This document shows, piece after piece, positions 55,010 through 64,000 of a stretch of DNA of 64,000 nt (position 1 is the first letter of the stretch; every line of letters starts with the position of its first letter). Position numbers and translations under genes: made by a program. The notes beneath the pieces were generated by a model. The model saw nothing but the letters and a program-made list of their open reading frames with translations. It was not told the DNA's origin and searched no databases. The stretch is taken from NCBI GenBank assembly GCA_964016885.1, contig OZ024741.1, positions 240,312,001 through 240,376,000 on the forward strand. The letters are read 5' to 3'. This DNA is from Eledone cirrhosa (Eukaryota).

Positions 55010-55222
55010 TTAACGTCCATCTTCCACGCTAGCATGGTTATATACATATATATATACATGTAAATATAGATAGATATTTATATACATATATATATACACA
55101 TATATATATACATATACAGATATATATACACATATATATACATATATACATATATATATACATATATGTATACATATATATATACATATATATATATACA
55201 CATATATATATATATACTACAT

Positions 55223-55300
<78 letters not shown>

Positions 55301-55310
55301 TTATATATAT

Positions 55311-55917
55311 GGTGGCTGCCAACTCGTTTTTGAGTACGGCCACTACTTTATATCCATGTAGGAGAACCCCTACCGATGCGCTGAACAAGTGTGACTTTTT
55401 AGTCCAGCCAGCGACTTGAAAACTCTGGTACAAACACTACACTTGTGACAATTATTGACACATAGTGCTGGGCCCATGGTACCATGTGACGACAAGTGCA
55501 GAGAGATCTCCAGATATAAAGCAATGCCTGTGCCGTGAAGCTTTTATAGTGAGCAAAGGCACTGCACAAAGCCAGTCCCACTCTCTTAACCAAGATGATA
55601 TTTACCAAAAAGAAGAACAAGTCAACATCATTGGATACCATCAGGGTTGCAGGTGTTATATCAGAGTTTTCCTTCTCCTAGAATTCTGCCTTGACAAAGG
55701 CTAAGGGGTCATCTCTCCCGGTGATTTTGAATGGTCATTGACTCTTAAGAGCTGCTTTGCCCTTTGACAAGTTTTGTTTTTAGTCCTGCAGGATGTCCAA
55801 AGTCACCCTCCTCACCAAGAAACCTTGGTGGGGTTGCCAGTTTAGTCGCCAATGACCCGACCATGGGACAGGTTGTACTGGGATACATGTTACCAGTAGC
55901 ACCAACTGGTGACCCAT
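55311..55917 (-). mobile_element. bipartite RTE-derived non-autonomous element with HDV-like head
   Basis: Minus strand: HDV-like fold, RTE 5'-UTR-like tctaggagaaggaaaactctga, 3' end gagttggcagccacc followed by (AT)n. Confidence 0.6.
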
Positions 55918-55988
55918 GCTAGCATGGAAAAACAGACGTAAAAACAGTGATGATGATGGTGATGATGATATATATGTATATATATATG

Positions 55989-56036
<48 letters not shown>

Positions 56037-56113
56037 CATATATATATACATATATATCATCATCACCATCATCATCACTGTTTTTACGTCTGTTTTTCCA
56101 CGCTAGCATGGGT
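55912..56113. repeat. 202-bp near-perfect palindrome (1 mismatch)
   Basis: Same translation on both strands; microsatellite interruptions mirror exactly (g55976/c56049, g55988/c56037, c56003/g56022). Confidence 0.95.
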
Positions 56114-56505
56114 TAGATGCGTTGCCATGTTGTGGGCAGTGTCCGGTCAGCTGACCTTGTCTTGGTCATAGGGGAACTGATTCTGGCTTGATTTCTACAG
56201 CTGGATGCCCTTCCTAACACCAACCTCATTTACAGTGAGTGCTGGGTACATTTTTTTCCGTGGTGCCTACATGTCCACTTTACAGTGTGGGCTGGGTGCT
56301 TTTTTGCCGTGGCACCTCCATGACCACTTTGCAGTGGAATGATAGGGACCCCAGTCCTATCATCTCATTTCTACAGCTGAGTAAACTGGTGCAATGTGAA
56401 ATAAAGTGTCTTCTCAAGGAAACAAGACATCACCCGGTCTGAGAATTGAACTCACAACCTTTCGATTGCAAGCCCAATGCTCTAACCATTAACCTATGCG
56501 CCTGT
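56057..56505 (-). mobile_element. tRNA-CORE-like SINE with RTE-type tail
   Basis: Homologous to 63379-63727 and 57330-57680. Confidence 0.85.
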
Positions 56506-56564
56506 ACATATATATATATATACAATACATTAACAAATCGAAACTATATTTATAAAACCATATT

Positions 56565-56630
56565 TATTTCATTATACATATTTCAAGGTCCACCAGAGCA
56601 AACTATGGTGCGCTTTCATCAGATAAATAT
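56565..56630 (-). ncRNA. type I hammerhead ribozyme
   Basis: Minus strand tatttat-CTGATGA-aagcgcacca...tggtggacctt-GAAA-tatgta-TA^-atgaaata. Confidence 0.75.
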
Positions 56631-56793
56631 AATATAGGTTAGTTTTATAAATAAATATTGACATACCCTTAAAAAATGCAACCATTCTGGTTGGAATCTC
56701 CTGGATAGTGGAGTTATTATATTTATTGTTGGTTTATTGTGCAAATTATTTTAAGGGTATGTCAATATTTATTTATAAAACTAACCTATATTA

Positions 56794-56859
56794 TATTTTA
56801 TCTGATGAAAGCGCACCATAGTTTGCTCTGGTGGCCCTTGAAATATGTATAATGAAATA
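56794..56859 (+). ncRNA. type I hammerhead ribozyme
   Basis: tattttat-CTGATGA-aagcgcacca(tagtttgctc)tggtggccctt-GAAA-tatgta-TA^-atgaaata; cleavage after 56851. Confidence 0.8.
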
Positions 56860-57166
56860 AATATGGTTTTATAAATATAGTTTCCATTTGTTAATATATT
56901 GTATCCAATAATTTGTTGAGTGCTTTATATCAGTTATAAAAATATTTTGCTTATTGTATCCCGACAAATTAAATATAACCTACACATATATATATATATG
57001 TAAAAGTTCTATTTAAATTGTTGGGATGCAACAAGCAAATATTTTTATAACTGATATAAAGCACTCAACAAATAATTGGAGTAAAGACTATCCAGGAGCT
57101 TCCAACAGTAATGGTTGCATTCTTTAAGGGTATGTCAATATTTATTTATAAAACTTCTCTATATTA

Positions 57167-57231
57167 TATTTTATCTGATGAAAGCACACCATAATTTAAC
57201 TTGGTGTCCTTGAAATATGTATAATGAAATA
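57167..57231 (+). ncRNA. type I hammerhead ribozyme
   Basis: tattttat-CTGATGA-aagcacacca(taatttaact)tggtgtcctt-GAAA-tatgta-TA^-atgaaata; cleavage after 57223. Confidence 0.8.
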
Positions 57232-57329
57232 AATATGGTTTTACAAATATAGTTTCCATTTGTTAATATCATATATATACATATATATATACATATATAC
57301 ACACACATATATATATATATATATATGAT

Positions 57330-57680
57330 AATCATCATTTCATCATCATCATTTTATTTTATGTCCGCTTTTTCCCTGCTTGCAAGGGTGGGACGGGAAC
57401 TGATTTTGGTTTGATTTCTACAGCTGGATGCCCTTCCTAACACCAACCTCATTTACAGTGAGTGCTGGGTGTTTTTTTGCCGTGGCACCTCCACGACCAC
57501 TTTGCAGTGGAATGATAGGGACCCTTGTCCCTATCATCTCATTTCTACAGCTGAGTAAACTGGAGCAATGTGAAATAAAGTGTCTTGTTCAAGGAAACAA
57601 CACATCACCCGGTCTAAGAATTGAACTCACAACCTTTTGATTGCAAGACCAATGCTCTAACCACTAAGCCATGTGCCTCC
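57330..57680 (-). mobile_element. tRNA-CORE-like SINE with RTE-type tail
   Basis: Near-identical reverse complement of 63379-63727; (TA)n flanks. Confidence 0.88.
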
Positions 57681-57698
57681 ATATATATACGTATATAC

Positions 57699-57731
<33 letters not shown>

Positions 57732-57939
57732 TACGTATATACATATAGATATATATATATATATATACACACATACACACATATGTGCACACACACACTA
57801 AATCTTTCTGTTTATGGCAGCAGTACAATACTAGGATAGAATGACAGTATCAGTGATGATAAGGATATACTAGATATATATTAGAAACATTAACCTCTGA
57901 ATATAGTATGTATATATAATTATACCTACATACATACAC

Positions 57940-57970
<31 letters not shown>

Positions 57971-57981
57971 CACACACATAC

Positions 57982-58049
<68 letters not shown>

Positions 58050-58302
58050 CTGCATGAATATGTGTGTATTTATATATATATATATGTATATACACACACC
58101 TATTGTCTCTCTCTTTCACACATACACATATAAACACATGTATGTGTATCTTTCTCAGGTATTCCTTATTCATCTTAGTATGACAGTCAGACAAAAACCT
58201 CAAGACATTAGTGCGATAATGAAATAAAGCCAAAATTGAATCAATAAGAAAGAACACTAGGACACCATTTCCTCACCAATGACCACTATGAAACTGCACC
58301 TG

Positions 58303-58334
<32 letters not shown>

Positions 58335-58338
<4 letters not shown>

Positions 58339-58475
58339 AACGAGTGGGACCCCGACGAAACGGTTTGAGCTCAGCTGTCGGGGTCCCAATCGTTCCTATT
58401 ACCCACTCTAATACCCTAAGTATTGAGTACTTTGGTGCGTTATGGTCCACCCGGTTCCTTACCACATTTCCTTTG

Positions 58476-58477
<2 letters not shown>
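58335..58477 (+). mobile_element. fold-back remnant of family B with hammerhead 3' half
   Basis: taggaacgagtgggaccccgac-GAAAcggtttgagctcagctGTC-ggggtcccaatcgttccta; inserted in pure (TA)n. Confidence 0.8.
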
Positions 58478-58511
<34 letters not shown>

Positions 58512-59094
58512 ACTCTCTGGATGCTGTCATAGCATCTGTCTTAGCTGACAACAAGTACAAAGACACACATTTCACACATATTTCTAAAAATATAATTGTC
58601 TCCAAGAGATTCTTTATTTCAATTGATGCTGTTTAGAAAATGTCACCGGGACCTTCTGCAAAATGTAAAGACTTCTAAATAAATAAGACAATTTTTCATC
58701 ATTGGCAACTTCATCATCATAGTCCCACCACCACCACCTTTAGACAAAATATAATAATTTCACTGATAATTTATTTGAATTTAGTCACTTATTATTATTG
58801 CCAACTTCATCATCATAATCTCTCCCACCACCACCACTCCTCATCATTAGCATCATCACCATTTCTACTGTTGTTGTCACCAGTCTTGCTATAGTATAGT
58901 ACCAAAGTAAGATATGGTACCAGACTATAGTATAGTTTGCTATAGTATAATATATTAATTATGACTTCTATAGTATAGTAACAATATAGTTGAGTATACT
59001 ATAAGCATAGTAGTTTAGTTTGCTATAGTATATCATATTAAGTCTGTTGTAGCATGTATATAGCAGCATCATTGTTAAGTTTGCTATATTATAA

Positions 59095-59285
59095 TATAAT
59101 TGTTTCTACTTTAGGCACAAGGCCAGCAATTACCCAGTACATTACTGGTACTTTATTATATCGACCCCGTAAGGATGAAAGGCAAAGTTAACCTCGGTGG
59201 GATTTGAACTCAGACTGTAAAGGGACGTAACTATGCTAGAAAGCATGGCGTCCAACCCTCTACCGATACTGCCAATTCACCGCCC
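59095..59285 (-). mobile_element. MetaSINE-like SINE, full length
   Basis: Head ggcggtgaattggcagtatcggtagag, B-box gagttcaaatcc, Meta-like core, (ATT)n tail. Confidence 0.85.
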
Positions 59286-59369
59286 TAATTATATTATAAT
59301 ATAATATTAGTTTAGTATCATAAAATTGGAGTCTACTCTAATATTGATATACATATTGGAGTCTACTAT

Positions 59370-59685
59370 AGTACCATAGGGGTAAAGATCTTGGTTCCCC
59401 CTCCAAGGCACAAGCCTGGGCAAGGTTGTTTGTCTAAGACAAGCAGTTGCTCATGCATACCAGTCTCCCCCTCTCCATGCCACTGATGTTGTCCAAGGGA
59501 AAGGCAATGGCTGATACAACTTGGTAACCAGTGACATTGTAACTCATTTCTACAGCTGAGTAAAGTGGAGCAATGTGAAATAATGTCTTCCCTAAGGACA
59601 CAACGCATCACCTGATCCAAGAATTGAACCCCCAACCTCACGATTTCAAACCCTATGCTCTTACCACTATGCCATGTGTCTTCAC
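59370..59685 (-). mobile_element. tRNA-CORE-like SINE with a third type of tail
   Basis: Head gaagacacatggcatagtggtaagagc..ggttcaattc; core tgtccttagggaagacattatttcacattgctcc. Confidence 0.8.
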
Positions 59686-61138
59686 TATAGTATCATAGTA
59701 GTTATATTTATAACAGTTGAATCTGCTATAGTGTCATAGTAATCATGATCATAATAGTATAGACATGAATGTTTGATAATATTTAATTCTATATGAGTGT
59801 TTCTTTTTTTAATTTTTCATTGGTTCCCTTCAGTATATAATAATACATTGAAGACAACTAACACCTTTAATTAGGATAATATTCTATAACAAGTAACTTT
59901 CCATTACAAACTGTTGAACTATGCCTTCCAAGCAAACAAACAACATTAATTTTACTGCCTTGCCACTATTTAATGCTTTCAGACTATATTTCTAATGTAA
60001 AACATTGCCTATGATTTTCAAATAATTTTGAAAATAATTAAAATGTGTGAGGAGATTGAGCAATATAACTCATCTGGTATTTGGAATAAAAGTTCTACCA
60101 TAAAATTATGATGGAGGTTTTCAAATGAATATAAAACTCTTTTAAACAAACAGCTTAGTATTGTGGTTCAGGTGGTTTGGTATTAGAAGGGTTAAAATGG
60201 TGAATCATATCATGCTAGTAGACCAGTGCCATTAATAACAATGGCAATAGTATTGAATGTATTTAATTTTTGGAGTCCAGACTTAGTATGCCATATCTAC
60301 CAGAATTATTGGATATATGAACAGTCATACAAACTGATAAATTAATGGTTTGCATAAAAGAAACCCTCTAGTTTATGTTGATTACTACTGACATGTGGAA
60401 GTAATTAAAGATAATGTTTTAATAATTCATTTCTAGGATATAATTACATAAATGTTCAGCATATATGTACAAATGACATACAAGATTAAATGTATTTACA
60501 GGGAAAAATGTAAAGTTAGAAATCAGTCCTTTGTGATTGGAAAGTAAACTTCTTATTGTAGCAACACAACTGAGACAGGAAATGTATTGTATGTATATGT
60601 GTGTACGTTTGTGTGTGTGGGCGTACATTTTAAAGAGTTACTGATGGAGATATATATATATAAATACAAACGTACATGGCCTATCATTATGGTTGTTTGT
60701 TGTATCTGCTTACAGTGGACTGAGCTACTCAGTGAACTGCCCTGGTCATGGACACAGTAAAGGGAAGCTGTCAACAGTGTATGAACTACCGACTGCTTGG
60801 TCATTACTGTTTGGGACACTATAAACTCTGATCTCTCTGCTACTGACCAAACTGGAGCTGTCTGTAATGTCCATCAGGTGTTTTGCAGTGTATTTAAAAG
60901 AACGCTCTTTTACATCACAGTTCATGTCCCCCCACTCTCTCTTTCTAAACTCACCTTGTTTCTTATTTTATTTTCACTCACTCAGTCCCTCAATCTCTCT
61001 CTCTCACTTACTCAATCACTCAGTTCTCACACCCTCTCTCTTTTCTCTACCTTAATACATTCTTATCTTTCCACACCGATAATAACATTGGCATGTAATT
61101 CACTAATACATCATTATTCACAAACAATATATTTATAA

Positions 61139-61300
61139 ATAAAGAAGAAAAAAAAGAAAAAAAAGAAGAAAAAAAGAAAAAAAGAAAAAAAAGAAGAAAA
61201 AAAAGAAAAAAAAGAAAAAAAAAGAAAGAAAAAAAGAAAAAAAAAGAAAAAAAAAGAAAAAAAAAGAAGAAAAAAAAGAGAAAAGAAAAAGAAAAAAAAA
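61139..61300. repeat. (A)nG polypurine tract
   Basis: Direct reading. Confidence 0.95.
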
Positions 61301-61761
61301 CTTGCTTTCCCAGAATTTCCCAGAATTTATTCACATTTTGCAATAAACTTTTCTTCAGTAACAATAAAAGGAAGCTTGAAAGTTTTAATATAAACTGGCT
61401 TTCTTGATTTCTGTACATTAATTAAAATTTCATAATTGATTAAATACACAAACCATTAATGAAATGCTGTTATTTATTTCAGAGACCCCCCCTCCTCTCA
61501 CCTTCTAATACCAAGTATCAGCATCATCAACATTATCATTTTTGTTTGTTTTCCCTGCCAGCATGGGTTGGGCAACACATTTTGAAGCAGAATTCTATGG
61601 TCAGAAGCCCTTCCTGACACCAGCCCTAACTTTTGTCTTTTTGAAATGTAAAGTACAGATCTTCACACATCTAACTGTTGAGTAGGAAGTTTGTTTATGC
61701 AGAATGTAAAGAAATATTATTACTGCTTGCAATGTTATATGCAAAGAGAAGAGACAACAAG

Positions 61762-61795
<34 letters not shown>

Positions 61796-61796
<1 letters not shown>

Positions 61797-62045
61797 TGTT
61801 ATACTTTGGGAGGGTCATGTTGCCAATAAGAAACACACGCACCAGTTGCTTTCACTTCAATTTATTATACTAAATTTATAAATTTATAAATTTATAAATA
61901 TATTTATTTATTTATAAATTTCTGGTTGGTTGGTTGGTTCCACAACCAGATAGTTGTTTATATATTGTCAAAGTTCTTTCGTCACACATTCTGTGACCTC
62001 TTCGGTGACTGGGGATTCTTTTCTTTGTTTTTGTGCCTCTCCTTT
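61796..62045 (-). mobile_element. solo Penelope-like terminal repeat (family D)
   Basis: Homologous to 52103-52320; gtca-CCGAAGA-ggtcacagaatgtgtgac-GAAA-gaac-TT-tgac. Confidence 0.8.
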
Positions 62046-62079
62046 TTTTTTTTGTTCTGTCCTACGCCATATATATATA

Positions 62080-62200
62080 TTACAGGACTAGAACTGTCAT
62101 TCATATGAAATCATCAGGAATGATAATTTCACATGAATGAAACAATTCTAGTCTTGTAGAAGCCATTTTCCATTACTGTATTCACTATCTTTTTAAATGT
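62080..62200. mobile_element. fold-back remnant of hammerhead family E
   Basis: Palindrome about 62081-62158; both arms are decayed copies of the 63903-63952 hammerhead. Confidence 0.75.
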
Positions 62201-62761
62201 TGGTTATTTCTTGTTTTCCATTGGAGATCCACCCTATATATATATGTATGTAAAATAACTTGCCTTTATCATTGTTAAATAATATATGTAATATATCAGA
62301 CTCTGTATCTGAAAGATTGACTCAGCAAAACACGCAACCAATCTCTGGATCCCACTGAACTACATGCTAATGGATTACATTGAGTTCTAGCTATGGTATA
62401 GACCCTATCAAGAAAGGTAGACAACATTGTGTGTGTATATATATATATATATAAAACATAGAGAGACATATATATATATGTATATATTCATACATATACA
62501 CTTGAAAGAAGTGTTGTACAGTTATTGTAATATCGATTGTGAGAAATGACTTCAGTTAGGAATGAAAATGATGTCTGCAAAATAATCTTTCATCTATGTC
62601 GCTTCACATTCTTAACTGAGTGTCTAAGAAGTTTGATCCCACTGTGTCACATCTTGGACAAGTGTCTTTAACATAGCCTTAGGTCAACCCAAGCCTTGTG
62701 AGTAAAACTAGCTAGATGGAAATTGCGTGTGGGAGTCTTTTGAATATGTCCTATCTGTAAT

Positions 62762-62984
62762 TTAACCTTTTTGCATTTAAATTATTCTATATATATACTA
62801 TTGTATTTTCATGGTAAAGGCTTTATCTCAATTATCTTACATAATATCGAATCTAGATTTTGATATTATTTATCTTGAGAACAATACCTAAACATAAGTA
62901 TGAGTAGCTGGTGACAACCGGTTTGAACAGAAAGAGGTGAGAATACTCTAGCCAAATATGGCCGGTTTAAATCCTAAAGGATTA
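62762..62984. mobile_element. TTAA-flanked MITE-like element (piggyBac-type ends)
   Basis: ttaacctttttgcatttaaa...tttaaatcctaaaggattaa imperfect TIRs; homologous to 6960-7841. Confidence 0.6.
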
Positions 62985-63378
62985 AAGGTCCATCTTTGTT
63001 ACATATGGTGTCAGATAGATGTGATTTGGGAATTATGTTAAGAGTACACATGACTGTGGAATACTCAGCCACTTCATGTTAATTTAAAGAGTAGGGTGTT
63101 CTGTTGATTGAACAACTGGATGCTCTTTGTCTAAACTGGTGGAGAAACTATCATTGATATTCAACAGTTTAGCTTTTTAAATTTTAAACTAATACACACG
63201 AGTGCAAATCCTTGGTAACATTTTTTGATTAGTTCAGTTAAAGAAAAAAGTGTATCTAAGTTTGTGTTTCTTTTAGATTGAATGATGTGGATTAATTTCA
63301 GTGTGTATGTGTGTATATATATAGAGTTAATATAAAATTTATCTATATATATGTATATAGAGTTAATATAATATATAT

Positions 63379-63727
63379 GGAGGCACATGGCTTAGTGGTT
63401 AGAGCATTGGCCTTGCAATCGAAAGGTTGTGAGTTCAATTCTCAGACCGGGTGATGTGTTGTTTCCTTGAGCAAGACACTTTATTTCACATTGCTCCAGT
63501 TTACTCAGCTGTAGAAATGAGATGATAGGGACTGGGGTCCATATCATTCCACTGCAAAGTGGTCATGGAGGTGCCACAGCCAAAAAGCACCCAGCACTCA
63601 CTGTAAATGAGGTTGGTGTTAGGAAGGGCATCCAGCTGTAGAAATCAAGCCAGAATCAGTTCCCGTCCCACCCTTGCAAGCAGGGAAAAAGCGGACGTAA
63701 AATGAAATGATGAATGATGAATGATGA
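63379..63727 (+). mobile_element. full-length tRNA-CORE-like SINE with RTE-type tail
   Basis: A-box tggcttagtgg, B-box gagttcaattc, core ccttgagcaagacactttatttcac, aggaagggcatccagctgtagaaa, (ATG)n tail; direct repeat atatagagttaatataatatatat-like on both sides. Confidence 0.9.
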
Positions 63728-63901
63728 TATATAGAGAGAGAGTTAATATAATATATATATGTATGTATGTATATGTACATATATATATATATATACGAAT
63801 TAGCTTTTAATGAATACCCTTTTCTTTCAACCAATGACCTCCACTCATCCCACTCCCCACCAGAAAAGATATAAATACCACAACATTTATTTTGGACAGC
63901 C

Positions 63902-63952
63902 AGATTCCTGATGATTTCTAAAGAATGAAACAGTTCTAGTCCTGTAGAATCT
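63902..63952 (+). ncRNA. compact type I hammerhead ribozyme (family E)
   Basis: agattc-CTGATGA-t ttc taaa gaa t-GAAA-cag ttctagtc ctg-TA^-gaatct; 6-bp stem I, 3-bp stem II with U-U at 10.1/11.1, 4-bp stem III, GUA site. Confidence 0.82.
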
Positions 63953-64000
63953 CATCTATATTAAAACTTTTATACTCTGCTATGTATTGAGTACCTTACT

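Larger units (their letters stand above)
56521..57270. mobile_element. chain of family A hammerhead elements (inverted plus tandem)
   Basis: Inverted repeat 56521-56672/56748-56903; second inverted repeat about 56903-57080 centred on (TA)n; full unit 57000-57270. Confidence 0.85.

Noticed and set aside
63379-63450. tRNA gene
   Set aside because: A and B boxes are present, but the sequence runs into a SINE core and tail and has multiple diverged copies; it is a SINE head.

Overview
AT-rich, repeat-saturated animal non-coding DNA. The repeat make-up (MetaSINE-like and CORE-like tRNA-SINEs, RTE, CR1 and R4/Dong LINE fragments, very abundant (TA)n/(CAT)n/(TAA)n) suggests an octopus or other cephalopod intron or intergenic region; this is inference only. 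No intact cellular gene can be supported, and almost all long ORFs in the track are microsatellite translations or decayed retroelements. The main signal not shown by the ORF track is a dense set of type I hammerhead ribozyme motifs (CUGANGA...GAAA...UH). There are about 8 with complete cores and stems and about 9 partial or mutated ones, from at least five sequence families. Almost all sit in short fold-back (inverted-repeat) insertions in or beside (TA)n tracts. Two families are physically linked to Penelope-like (RT/GIY-YIG) ORF remnants. Others are ORF-less units of about 280 nt, and one pair is placed so that self-cleavage would release a 372-nt hairpin-rich RNA (retrozyme-like). Also present are (TA)n-centred mirror duplications, an RTE family with a PHD finger inside its RT, a decayed HDV-like ribozyme and a non-autonomous Helitron.
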